From Tortispora ganteri (taxonomy: Eukaryota), in the NCBI GenBank assembly GCA_003707115.1, contig PPNB01000018.1, forward strand, positions 1 through 64,000: 64,000 nucleotides of DNA, given 5' to 3'. The position numbers and the translations under genes were made by a program. The notes beneath the pieces are model-generated. The model searched no databases. It worked only from the letters and a program-made list of their open reading frames with translations, and had not been told where the DNA came from. Positions within the stretch are counted from its first letter, which is position 1. Each line of letters begins with the position of its first letter. Positions 1 to 10,611 of the stretch are shown piece after piece.

Positions 1-2937
1 ACAGAAAATGGCAATTCTATCTTATGCAAGGTCACTGACTTCTACCATTACTTCTTTGTCCCCGCACCGCCCGCGTTCGAGGAATCAGATATCGTGAACC
101 TCATTTTCAGCATCAATAATCACGTTGGAAAAGTGAATACCGGTGAAAACGCCTCTAGTACGATCGCTATACACGATGTATACGTACACGATATACGAAT
201 TGTTGAAAAACAATCGCTCTGGGGCTACAACGGCAACGAAAAAGGCGTGTTCCTTCAAATATTCGTCTCTCTGGCCACAGCTATAGGCAAAGTTCGTAAC
301 CTCTTTGAACACTCTTCAGTCTTAAAACCTTTCTTTCCTGAACCTGTCATGACCTACGACAATATTGCATATACTTTACGCCTCATGGTAGACTGTGGTA
401 TCTCAGGCATGAGTTGGATCACTCTCCCGCAAAACAAGTACACTATCGATACCTCCTCAGATTCAAACTGCCAGCTATCGGTCACCATTCCTTGGAATGA
501 ACTTATAGCGCACCCTGCAGAAGGCGAGTGGTCGAAAATGGCTCCATTGCGTGTTCTCAGCTATGATATAGAATGCGCTGGACGTAAAGGCATATTTCCT
601 GAACCTGAAACTGATCCTATCATTCAGATAGCCAACGTTGTCTCTGTGTACGGCCAAACGAAACCATTCATCAGGAATATATTTCTCCTCGATACCTGCG
701 AACCCATTCTCGGCTCCGAAGTGTTAGAGCACAAAACGGAAGCCGCTATGCTAATGGCATGGAAGAATTTCGTCGTCAAATGTGACCCTGACATCATCAT
801 CGGATATAACACGGCAAACTTCGACATGCCCTATCTGCTCAATAGAGCTGTTGCACTCAAACTAGACAAGTTCCCGTACTTTGGTCGCCTTGTTAACACG
901 CGTCAGAATATACATAATTCTACTTTCTCTTCAAAGGCCTATGGAACCCGCGAGAGCAAATCTGTTAACATCGAAGGTCGACTCCAGTTTGACTTGCTAC
1001 AGTTTATCCAGCGGGAATACAAACTCCGAAGCTATACTTTGAACGCTGTCTCGGCCAACTTCCTCGGCGAGCAGAAGGAAGACGTCCACCATTCAATGAT
1101 CACAGAGCTGCAGAACGGCACTCCTGAAACGCGCAGAAGATTGGCCGTCTATTGTCTGAAAGACGCATATCTCTGTGTAAGATTAGCTGAGAAGCTCATG
1201 TGTCTGGTCAATTACACAGAAATGGCCCGTGTCACCGGTGTTCCTTTCTCGTACCTATTAAGTCGTGGACAGCAGATCAAAGTGGTATCGCAGCTGTTCC
1301 GCAAGGCCTTATCTGTGGACATTGTGATTCCTAACTTGAAATCACAAGGTGGCAACGATGATCCGTATGAAGGAGCTACGGTTATTGAGCCGGTACGTGG
1401 CTATTACGATATGCCAATCACTACACTCGATTTCTCGTCGCTGTACCCTAGTATCATGATGGCTCATAACCTGTGCTACACTACGTTGCTAAATCAAGAG
1501 ACGATATCTCGGCTTGCACTGAAAGAAGACGATGATTATACGAAAACACCTAATGGCGACTGCTTTGTGAAGAGAGAAATTCGTCAGGGTCTACTTCCGC
1601 AGATTCTGCAAGAGCTACTAGCTGCCCGTAAGCGTGCAAAAGTAGCGTTAGCACAGGAAACTGACCCTTTCAAGAAGAATGTGCTTAATGGAAGACAGTT
1701 AGCTCTTAAAATATCTGCTAACTCCGTGTACGGATTTACTGGTGCTGTTGTTGGCAAGCTGCCCTGTCTGGCAATCTCGTCATCTACCACAGCATATGGT
1801 CGTGAAATGATTATGAAGACCAAGAATCTTGTCGAAACCATGTTCACCGTCGCCAACGGATACGAGCACGACGCACAGGTAGTGTATGGTGACACAGATT
1901 CGGTAATGATAAAATTTGGCACTAAGAATCTAGAAAGAGCCATGGAACTAGGTCGCATAGGAGCCGAAGAAGTCTCGAAGCATTTCTTGAACCCTGTGAA
2001 ACTCGAGTTCGAGAAGGTTTATTTCCCGTATCTTCTAATTTCGAAGAAGCGGTACGTTGGCTTGTACTGGACAAAACCAGATAAGTTTGATAAGATGGAC
2101 ACTAAGGGCATTGAAACTGTTCGTCGTGATAATTGCCAGCTTGTTCAGCAGGTCATGGAACGTGTTCTGGACTATATTATGATTAAGCGCGATGTACCGA
2201 GCGCCGAGAGTTATGTTAAACAAGTTATATCTGACCTCATTCAGAACAAAGTGGATTTATCGCAGCTGGTGATTTCTAAGCAGTTAGGCAAGGACTATAC
2301 CGCGAAGCAGGCGCATGTAGAGCTGGCTAAACGCATGTTTGAACGTGATCCGGGCAGTGCTCCTAATCTAGGAGACCGAGTTGCGTACGTTATTATTAAA
2401 GGAGAAAAGAAAGACAAAAATTATGACAAGAGTGAAGACCCGATATACGTGCTGGAAAACAATTTGGAGATAGACACGACTTACTACTTGGAGAACCAGT
2501 TGTCGGGCCCACTAATGAGACTCTTTGAGCCCATTCTAGGCGAAACGCAAGCACAAAGCCTGTTCTATGGTGAACACACTCGAGTTTCAAAACCAAGTGC
2601 ACCTGTCAGGGGTATGTTTTCAACTTTCACTAAGAAAGTATTTCGATGCCGCGGCTGTTCGGCTCCACTGAAGGGCAAATACGCAGAAGGTGCGTTGTGT
2701 GAGAAGTGTATACCAGAAGCAAACATGTACTACCAAAAGCAGCTTTTGTCAGTGTCACAACTAGAAGTTCGCTATACTAGGTTATGGACACAGTGTCAGA
2801 GGTGTCAGGAGTCTTTACACCAGGATGTTATTTGCAGTTCGCGCGACTGCCCGATCTTCTATATGCGAAAGAAAGTGCAGAAAGAGTTAGTGGATGAGAC
2901 TAGTCATTTGGCACGATTTGACAAAATTGCGTGGTAG
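1..2937 (+). CDS. POL3: DNA polymerase delta catalytic subunit (5' end lies outside the window)
   Basis: Frame 1 is open from base 1 ([20 protein letters not shown]). Family B motifs: exo [29 protein letters not shown], plus C-terminal CysA/CysB clusters. Confidence 0.98.
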   Translation, partial: TENGNSILCKVTDFYHYFFVPAPPAFEESDIVNLIFSINNHVGKVNTGENASSTIAIHDVYVHDIRIVEKQSLWGYNGNEKGVFLQIFVSLATAIGKVRNLFEHSSVLKPFFPEPVMTYDNIAYTLRLMVDCGISGMSWITLPQNKYTIDTSSDSNCQLSVTIPWNELIAHPAEGEWSKMAPLRVLSYDIECAGRKGIFPEPETDPIIQIANVVSVYGQTKPFIRNIFLLDTCEPILGSEVLEHKTEAAMLMAWKNFVVKCDPDIIIGYNTANFDMPYLLNRAVALKLDKFPYFGRLVNTRQNIHNSTFSSKAYGTRESKSVNIEGRLQFDLLQFIQREYKLRSYTLNAVSANFLGEQKEDVHHSMITELQNGTPETRRRLAVYCLKDAYLCVRLAEKLMCLVNYTEMARVTGVPFSYLLSRGQQIKVVSQLFRKALSVDIVIPNLKSQGGNDDPYEGATVIEPVRGYYDMPITTLDFSSLYPSIMMAHNLCYTTLLNQETISRLALKEDDDYTKTPNGDCFVKREIRQGLLPQILQELLAARKRAKVALAQETDPFKKNVLNGRQLALKISANSVYGFTGAVVGKLPCLAISSSTTAYGREMIMKTKNLVETMFTVANGYEHDAQVVYGDTDSVMIKFGTKNLERAMELGRIGAEEVSKHFLNPVKLEFEKVYFPYLLISKKRYVGLYWTKPDKFDKMDTKGIETVRRDNCQLVQQVMERVLDYIMIKRDVPSAESYVKQVISDLIQNKVDLSQLVISKQLGKDYTAKQAHVELAKRMFERDPGSAPNLGDRVAYVIIKGEKKDKNYDKSEDPIYVLENNLEIDTTYYLENQLSGPLMRLFEPILGETQAQSLFYGEHTRVSKPSAPVRGMFSTFTKKVFRCRGCSAPLKGKYAEGALCEKCIPEANMYYQKQLLSVSQLEVRYTRLWTQCQRCQESLHQDVICSSRDCPIFYMRKKVQKELVDETSHLARFDKIAW

Positions 2938-2965
2938 ATCAGAGAAATGGCAAAAGAGAAAGAAG

Positions 2966-3017
2966 AAAAGAGAAAGAGAAAGAGAAAGAGAAAGAGAAAG
3001 AGAAAGAGAAAGAGAAA
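2966..3017 (+). repeat. (AGAAAG)n purine microsatellite
   Basis: Seven perfect AGAAAG units at 2971-3012 with degenerate flanks, just 3' of the POL3 stop. Confidence 0.9.
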
Positions 3018-5034
3018 AGGAAAAGAAAACTGCTCAAGATCTGTTCCTAGTTAGCCACAACTCAGGTTGAACATCTATTTCATTTTCAATGTTAAGTTTT
3101 TTTTTCCTTTCACTTAGTTTGGACCTGCGTGGGAATGTGCACGATTGAGTTGAATTAATTATCAATAAGGTAATTATTGCGAGTAAACGATCTATTCACG
3201 TTTCCGAAGCTCCTCACGTACTTCACAGCAATCCGAAAAGAGAGCTCTTGTTATATGAGATATTTTACCCCAACTGCATTCTCATGCTTATGTGTCACAG
3301 CTGGCCATTCATATCATTGATATTTGATAGATATCTTTTTATTACAATATAATAAGACCACCGATGCGCTGGGAATAGAACAATGTATCTCTCCATAGTC
3401 TTCCTCGGAACAATACACAATTTCTTATTAGAGATTAAGGTTTGTATGTGACATAAAAACTTTACCCATTTGAATTGTTTATATCGCTTAAAGATGGCAA
3501 ATATTGAGAACGATTTGAGGGATTACACAGAGATACAACAATAATAAGAACTTGCTTAATTATTGAGTTTAGATCTATAAAAAATTTAGAAGAAAAGCAG
3601 ATTCCTGGCCGTGTAGTTTAATTATTATAGCCTTATATTCCAAAGGTATGCTAAGCGAAAAGTGTATGTTTAATAAGGTTTGCACGACTTTCCACACCTT
3701 CGTCACTCATTGCAAAAAGATTACTACCATTCGCGTCGGTTACTTCACTGCTCATGTAGCCACTCCTGGATATATAGTCTCAGAATTTCCTTGTGTTATT
3801 TGCGCAGAAGTAACCCAGCCGTCCTACCCAATTTGTACATGGTCGTCAGCACCACTACTCCATGATATACCAGCAAGCAAACAACCGCGGCACATCAAGC
3901 TCAAACTGTTATTCATAAGAACACTACCGTCTATCCAAACTGCCACGTCTATATTGACCCACTGGTGAACGACGCAGTTGAAATAATTATTGCCAGCAGT
4001 GCCATTATAGACGTATGTGGACTAATAGATTACTTTTTCCAAGTTCCATCTTTAGTCTGTACATCTGAAATCCCATTGCCTCTTGATAGTTTTATGTGAC
4101 AGGATACTGTCACAATTGTTATGTGATTTTGAGAACTAGGAATGTAATTGTAGACATTACTCACGACATGTACGCGTTTGACGCGTAATAAAGCCGAGTG
4201 AACAAGACCCTAGATCGAGTACCCTTTTCGTATCACAGAGAACCGTAAAGCGTAACCGTAACTAATCAGCTTTGCATAGATGCTGTATTGATCAGCAAAA
4301 AAACGAGATTAGTAGCAAGCAGAGGAGAACCATTTGAAGAGAACAAGTAACCTGAATAAATTGAATGACCCAAGGTAACTGTAAAAATCATTTAGCAAAG
4401 ATGTAGATGAGAACGGTGAAGTAGTTTGGACAGTTTGGCTACGTCACATTCGCAAAATGAGCGGCAATAAGCTTCTGAATAACAGCAACAAAATTCTTCA
4501 TTTAGGGCGAAGATTGATGTAATGAGAAATTCTCATAACACCCTTATTTAGAATCATAGTAAGGGGCATTTTAGCGAGGAGGTGTTTCAGCAGATACTGA
4601 ACAGGGCCCTATAAAGGAAGTGGAGGAGCGCACGAGAGAACCAAATTAGGCAGGAAAAAAGCGGCAGCAGCATAGTTGACCAAAAAAAAAACTTTCCCTA
4701 ATATCACATATTTGATTGCTAGAGAAAAACTTAATGGGTGATATTAACACGAATGATTGGATATCACATTGGAGCCATTAGTGGAAGCTTCGGATCACAC
4801 TTACCACATCTAGAACTTCGGTGCAGTATTTGCAGTGTTTTAAAACTTACAACATTCCAGGAGCTAATTCATGCTCGTATTCGTAAACGTTAGAGTTTCT
4901 CGGAATATTCGTTTTTTCACATTCCAATGGATAGTCGAACGAATATAAAATGATGGTCATTTTATGGTCCTCCTTCTTTCAACCAGGTTTAGTTATTAAC
5001 ACACTCAAGTCACTCGCTTATCAATCCAATAAAA

Positions 5035-5712
5035 ATGAAATTCTCCACTGTTGCTATTGCTGCTTTCCCTGTTCTTGCCGCTGCTCAAATTGCTAACGGC
5101 ACTGTCGCTGGTGTCACTGCTGAAGCCGAAGCCCGTGCTAAGGCAGCTGCCAGCGCCGGTTTCGCTGAAGCCTGCGCTGAAGCTGAGGCTTTAGCTAAAG
5201 TCCATGGAACCGGTCCTATCTCATTCCCTGCTGCTGCTGTTGCCTCTGCTGAGGCTTCCGCCAAAGCTTCTGCCAAGGGGTTCAACTCTAAAGCCGAAGC
5301 TGAGGCTTTTGCCAAGGCCTATGTTGAGGCTAACAGTGCTAGCGCTAAAGCTGAGGCTGAAGCTTATGCCTATGCTACAGGATCAAACGCTGAGGCTGTT
5401 GCATCTGCTATTGCATCTGCCCGCGTTTCTGGTGGCGACGTCGTTGCTGCTGCGAAGGCTGCTGCTTCTGCTCATGCTGGCGCCGGTATTGCCAAGGGTA
5501 ACGGAACTGCTGAGGCCACTGTCTGTGTCATTGAGAATGGCGTCGAGAAGTGCACCGTCACCAAGACTATTGCCACCAAGACCGCAACCGCAACTGCTGC
5601 TCCTACTGCTAGCGCCTCAAAGACCTATGTTATCAACGGTGCCGAGCCTCTTCAGGGATCTATCATGATGCCTGTTTTAGCCATGATCTCTGTCTTTGGA
5701 CTCCTTTTGTAA
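5035..5712 (+). CDS. Ala-rich secreted, probably GPI-anchored cell wall protein
   Basis: Signal peptide MKFSTVAIAAFPVLAAA, repeated AEAEAxAKA motifs, Thr-rich stalk, NGA omega-like site and hydrophobic tail. Strong GCT/GCC/AAG codon bias. TATAAAA near 4944. Confidence 0.85.
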   Translation: MKFSTVAIAAFPVLAAAQIANGTVAGVTAEAEARAKAAASAGFAEACAEAEALAKVHGTGPISFPAAAVASAEASAKASAKGFNSKAEAEAFAKAYVEANSASAKAEAEAYAYATGSNAEAVASAIASARVSGGDVVAAAKAAASAHAGAGIAKGNGTAEATVCVIENGVEKCTVTKTIATKTATATAAPTASASKTYVINGAEPLQGSIMMPVLAMISVFGLLL

Positions 5713-5942
5713 GCACAGACTACGTCAATTATTTGATCCTTCTCTTCGATACCAGTTGCGTTTCATTCGATCGCTTTTAACGTCTTTATTATTTTCTTTT
5801 CTTTTTACATAAATGTAAATTTTCTTTATTTAATTGTATAAGTAATTCCTACTCACATATACACGTTTTCTTTTAAGTATTATGTAGTTGACGATTTCCA
5901 AAATTGACTTTGTACACTTAGAGTATACACATACTCTACTTC

Positions 5943-6959
5943 ATGAACACCGCTCAGCCAATAGCGATCCTCCGTGACCATATCTCCTCGGTTTCTTCTA
6001 TAGATTTCCACCCATACAATTTACATTTATGTTCTGGTGACGATTCAGGTAATATAGTTCTATGGTCTCTCATAACTAGACGACCTTTACTTCGTTGGCA
6101 AGCACATCAAGATACCATATTAACCGTCAAATGGATCGACGCCAATTGGCTTATGACCTACGCTCGTGATGCAAAGTTAATAGTATGGATTATTGACTTC
6201 TCTTCTCTACAGATTGATAAAGTGGTTAATACTCCTCCACTCCAGGTCAAACATATACATTGTCATTCTCTTACATTTTGCGGTGCAGATTCGTTGTTAT
6301 ATCTCATTGCCGCACCGTCTGCAGACGCAGCGTTTAAGCTCATAACTATTAAACCTGAAACCAAAATAATGACAGAAATTATACCTTCAGATAAACCGGG
6401 CTCCTTGATGTGTCTGAGGTTTGGATCACCTGATCGCATAGCTGCTGGCTACGAAAATGGTCAAGTCACACTTTACACCAGTACTGGAATTACCATTGCT
6501 ACATTCCACGAACATAATGCCCCTGTCATACACTTGTCATGCGGTTACATAGATCATAATCCTATATTTGTATCGGTAGCTGCCGACCGCTATATAGTCA
6601 GTTACTTTCATGACAAAATAACAACAAAATTCAATTCTAAACACAGTGGAACTGGCTGCATATCAATGAGATACGATACTAAACTGATTGCTACTTCTGG
6701 ATGGGATGGCGTATTTAGAATGTATAAATTCGATATGCAAGGTGTTCATCGTCCACTATTATCTACAAAACCTGGTAATTCAGACGGTCTATCTGTAGTG
6801 CAGTTCGGTCCTATTGAAGAAAGTGCGCTTAATGACCGCGAAATCAACTCTCTCATCGTACCTGCTCTAGTCGGCCTCAAAGCAGTGAAAACTCAGAAAT
6901 GCCACTTCGTCGCCGTCGGCGCAAAAAACGGAACTATAGCTATGTACAACTTGTACTAA
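5943..6959 (+). CDS. ASA1: WD40 protein, ASTRA-associated protein 1 (Asa1/GNB1L family)
   Basis: ILRDH...SGDDSGNIVLWSLITRRP...WQAH and HSGTGCISMRYDTKLIATSGWDG match the Asa1 pattern. Confidence 0.8.
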   Translation: MNTAQPIAILRDHISSVSSIDFHPYNLHLCSGDDSGNIVLWSLITRRPLLRWQAHQDTILTVKWIDANWLMTYARDAKLIVWIIDFSSLQIDKVVNTPPLQVKHIHCHSLTFCGADSLLYLIAAPSADAAFKLITIKPETKIMTEIIPSDKPGSLMCLRFGSPDRIAAGYENGQVTLYTSTGITIATFHEHNAPVIHLSCGYIDHNPIFVSVAADRYIVSYFHDKITTKFNSKHSGTGCISMRYDTKLIATSGWDGVFRMYKFDMQGVHRPLLSTKPGNSDGLSVVQFGPIEESALNDREINSLIVPALVGLKAVKTQKCHFVAVGAKNGTIAMYNLY

Positions 6960-6972
6960 ATATTCTTGAACT

Positions 6973-7914
6973 TCAAAGTGGATACACAATCCGCCTTGTG
7001 CCTTTCAGCAATCCTTCAACCCCTTCTTGCACATATGGGTAACCAAATTGCCTAGAATAAAGCAAGCCTACGCGGTTTCGCGCTCCTTGCATTAACATTT
7101 GTGACATAAAATCCAAGTTCTCGCGGAAATGCGAAGACCTGACCATCTCCAATAACTCTTCCCGCGTCTTCTCTAGCCCATCAGGTAACATACCTAGCAA
7201 TGGAGCAAGTTCCTCTTCACTGGCATGGTCAATGTAAGCTATAATGTGGTCCACTGAATACATGTCTGTAATGTTCATAATAGGCATCGACTTGTATAAC
7301 AGTTCAGCCATTACATTTTGGTCCGTATCTCCTAATTGCTGGTTTTCAGGGCCGGTATCCACGTCCATTTCGTCTCCATTCGCGCCTTCAGCTGCATCTC
7401 CTCCACCACCGCTAGCGGCCCCCGTTCTATCGTCAGTATCTGCGTTGTCTTCGGTGGCACCGCTAGACTCGGCGTGGTCTCCGTCGCTGCCAGCCCCGGG
7501 TCTCGAACTCGCCTCTCGATCAAATACGAGTGGCGTAGTAGATTGAAGCAGCTCGTTTATCTGTCGGGCAATCTGTCTATCTGTCTCACAGTGATAGCCA
7601 GGATCAGAACCTGACGTAGGGTACTGCAGCCAGAAGAACACGCGCTCGGTTGAGGATTTAAACTTTAGAACATACACTCTTCCGCCTTCGCATTCCAGTA
7701 CAGGCAGCCATTCAGCTACTTCCGGCACGAGGAATAGACGATCAGTTTCGCCCAGGGGTTCGCCATCGGTGGGTTCTCTGGGCTCCCACGTGAAGATAAT
7801 CAGCCCCTCGGGAGCAGCCGTGATGGTGATTTTTCCTTTAGTGGCTAATGGTGCTAGAGTAGTATCGGGAGGCAAAAAGAGCACCCGCCCTGCATTGAAT
7901 GTGATAGTAGACAT
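6973..7914 (-). CDS. RPN13: 26S proteasome ubiquitin receptor Rpn13 (PRU domain + C-terminal helical domain)
   Basis: ITFNAGR...KGKI...FTWEPR...GRVYVLKFKSSTERVFFWLQ is a PRU domain. Confidence 0.88.
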   Translation of the reverse strand: MSTITFNAGRVLFLPPDTTLAPLATKGKITITAAPEGLIIFTWEPREPTDGEPLGETDRLFLVPEVAEWLPVLECEGGRVYVLKFKSSTERVFFWLQYPTSGSDPGYHCETDRQIARQINELLQSTTPLVFDREASSRPGAGSDGDHAESSGATEDNADTDDRTGAASGGGGDAAEGANGDEMDVDTGPENQQLGDTDQNVMAELLYKSMPIMNITDMYSVDHIIAYIDHASEEELAPLLGMLPDGLEKTREELLEMVRSSHFRENLDFMSQMLMQGARNRVGLLYSRQFGYPYVQEGVEGLLKGTRRIVYPL

Positions 7915-8102
7915 ACGTGCCAGTCAAATTACAAGGAAAAGTAACAATGGCATATGGCGAACAAGGTAATGGATATACGAGCAGACGAGAAGCGGTGGTT
8001 GCTATAGTTACAAAACAGACAAATGCACATTTACCCTTATGAAGGAAGAAGCTAACAAATGACAGTATACTGTGTGAATATAGGTATGTAGAAAGGCAAA
8101 AA

Positions 8103-9395
8103 TTAGGCGTAGAAAGAAACAGACTTGTTCTTACGCCCCTGTACTTCGGTAATAGCATCTATGTAATCCTCGTGGCGTATGACTGATTGTCCGCGACGCA
8201 ATGCGATCATACCAGCTTCGACACAAACTGCTTTCAGTTGGGCGCCATTAAATTCGTCTGTAGATCTTGCAAGTTCTGGCCAATTAATCGATTCGTCCGT
8301 TGACATTTTGCGTGAATGGATTTGCAAGATTCCAGCTCTGGCTTCTTCGTCAGGAAGAGGGAACTCGATCTTTCTGTCTAGACGGCCGGAACGGAGCAGC
8401 GCAGGATCGAGGACATCGACTCTGTTGGTAGCAGCAAGTACCTTGACGCGATCGTCTGAAGAAAAGCCATCTAACTGATTAAGTAACTCCAACATGGTTC
8501 TTTGCACTTCGCGGTCACCGCTCTTGTCGGAATCGAAACGCTTGGTGCCGATAGCGTCCAATTCGTCGATGAATATGATAGTGGGGGCCTTCTCCCTGGC
8601 CAAAGCGAACGCATCGCGTACTAATTTAGCGCCGTCACCTATGAACATTTGCACCAGTTGTGGGGCGGCGAGTTTTAAGAAAGTGGCGCCTGACTGTGCG
8701 GCACAGGCACGCGCCAACAACGTCTTGCCGGTACCTGGCGGACCGTACATGAGAGCGCCCTTAGGCGGCTTTATGCCTAACTTTTTGAATTTTTCCGCTT
8801 GTTTCATTGGTAGAACGACTGCTTCGACGAGCTCTTCGATTTGCTTATCGAGACCGCCGATATCGCCGTAGGATTCTGAAGGTTTCTCGTCGACTTCCAT
8901 AGCCTTAACTCTGGAATCATACTCATTAGAGAGCTTTTCGAGCACTAAATAAGAGTCTTTATTTACTCCAATAAGGTCGCCCGGTTTGAGTTCATCTGAG
9001 TCAACTAAACCAATGAGCGGCAAGAACACAGTTTGACGAGTACTTGTTTTTATGACGGCGCTCTTACCGACTCTTGTGTCGTCCAAGTCGACATTGGCAC
9101 CTTCTTCTTCTGCTGCAGCTTCTGGGTCCATATCAAGAATTTCAACAACGTTTCCAACGAGATATGGTAATGTCTTGTTATTGGTTATCTTCTCTTCATT
9201 ACTCTTAATTTGTTCAATCATAGTTGTCTTTTCGTGCATGAGTCTTTGAAATTCAGATCGCATTACTTTAATATCATTATCCAGTAATTTCCGACGATTG
9301 ACAATCTCCGAAGTCGAAGAATTTAGTAGTTCATCAATCTCATCACCAAATCCTTCCTCCTGCTCAATATTCTCTAGATCTTCTAACGATGCCAT
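8103..9395 (-). CDS. RPT5: 26S proteasome AAA-ATPase Rpt5
   Basis: [27 protein letters not shown], HbYX tail SFYA. True start is ATG 9395 (MASLEDL); the ORF-track extension is not ATG-initiated. Confidence 0.97.
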   Translation of the reverse strand: MASLEDLENIEQEEGFGDEIDELLNSSTSEIVNRRKLLDNDIKVMRSEFQRLMHEKTTMIEQIKSNEEKITNNKTLPYLVGNVVEILDMDPEAAAEEEGANVDLDDTRVGKSAVIKTSTRQTVFLPLIGLVDSDELKPGDLIGVNKDSYLVLEKLSNEYDSRVKAMEVDEKPSESYGDIGGLDKQIEELVEAVVLPMKQAEKFKKLGIKPPKGALMYGPPGTGKTLLARACAAQSGATFLKLAAPQLVQMFIGDGAKLVRDAFALAREKAPTIIFIDELDAIGTKRFDSDKSGDREVQRTMLELLNQLDGFSSDDRVKVLAATNRVDVLDPALLRSGRLDRKIEFPLPDEEARAGILQIHSRKMSTDESINWPELARSTDEFNGAQLKAVCVEAGMIALRRGQSVIRHEDYIDAITEVQGRKNKSVSFYA

Positions 9396-9569
9396 TATGT
9401 ACGTAGAGAGAGAAGTGCAGTGCTGGGTCGTCGTCAAATGGGGCAAAGGTATAGGATAAACACAAACCCTAATAACCCTATATACAATAAAACTTTAATT
9501 TTGTTTTAACAAACGTGAATTTTTTTTCTTCCTTACCTTCTCAATTGTTCTATTAGACACTTTACAAAC

Positions 9570-10483
9570 ATGGGTTTCGGCGATCTTACTTCTGCTTCAG
9601 GTATGTTTACTGCTTTTATTGCATTAAAGTGATATTTACTAACAATATAGGCCTTTCCGCTCTTAACGACTACCTCCTCGACAAGTCTTTCATCACTGGG
9701 TAAGTAAAATTTATCGATCAACCTCTTTGCGGCATCGTATTATGATGACAATCTACATTGGTCCGTGTTTCTGACTATGGGCGTAAGACCCCCATATTTT
9801 ATGATTGGATACATGTATATTTTGTTCACTTTTACTGAACTACGAGCTTTGTTGTTTATAAGGTTGAAACACGTGCTAACTATTGCAATAGACAAGCTAT
9901 CTCGCAAGACGATGTTGCCGTTTATAAGGCCGTAGGATCTGCTCCTGATGCCACCAAGTACGTCAATGCTGCTCGCTGGTACAAACAAGTTGCCTCTTAT
10001 GAGTCCGAATTTGGTTCTCTTCCTGGTGACGCCTCCGTTGACGTTTCTACTCTCGGACCTGCTGGTGCCCCTGCCGCCGAAGAGGACGAGGATGACGACG
10101 ATGTTGATCTTTTCGGAAGTGACGACGATGAGGTTGACGAGGAGGCCGAGAAACTCAAGGCTCAGCGTCTTGCTGAGTACCAGGCCAAGAAGGCTGCTAA
10201 AGGTCCTGGCCCCGCTGCTAAGTCTATTGTCACTTTGGACGTCAAGCCCTGGGATGATGAGACTGACATTGAGGAAATGAAAGCCAATGTCCTTGCCATC
10301 AAGATGGACGGTCTTGTCTGGGGTGGCAGCCAATTCATCGAAGTCGGCTACGGTATCAAGAAACTTCAAATTAACGTCGTCGTTGAGGACGCAAAGGTCT
10401 CTGTTTCCGACCTTGAGGCTCTCATTGCTGAAGATGAGGACCATGTTCAAAGCACTGACGTCGTAGCTATGCAAAAATTGTAG
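9570..10483 (+). CDS. EFB1: Translation elongation factor 1-beta (3 exons)
   Basis: Exons 9570-9600, 9651-9699, 9892-10483. Introns are GTATGT..TACTAAC..TAG and GTAAGT..TGCTAAC..TAG. Spliced protein: [34 protein letters not shown]...ARWY...DLFGSDDD...[10 protein letters not shown]...AMQKL. Confidence 0.96.
9735..9845 (+). ncRNA. SNR18: Box C/D snoRNA U18 (snR18) in EFB1 intron 2
   Basis: C box ATGATGA 9742-9748; guide TTGGTCCGTGTTT 9758-9770 complementary to LSU rRNA AAACACGGACCAA; D' CTGA 9771-9774; D CTGA 9835-9838; terminal stem TCGTA/TACGA. Same host gene as S. cerevisiae snR18. Confidence 0.92.
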
Positions 10484-10611
10484 GTTTGATATACATTAAT
10501 TGTTGCATAAATGATAGAAAATTATTTAAGTGTCAATATTGCTAATGTACTTTTTATCCGTTAAGTAAACGTAAGAATGCAAATAATAATGGGCGGAAAG
10601 TGATTGATTCT

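Noticed and set aside
3648..3968. 106-aa ORF and overlapping frames in the long spacer; possible pseudogene or LTR relic
   Set aside because: No recognisable domain in the frames I translated and no terminal repeats; more simply read as promoter DNA.
9740..10474. 244-aa minus-strand ORF and 110-aa plus-strand ORF 9948-10280
   Set aside because: Antisense and off-frame shadows of the codon-biased, spliced EFB1.
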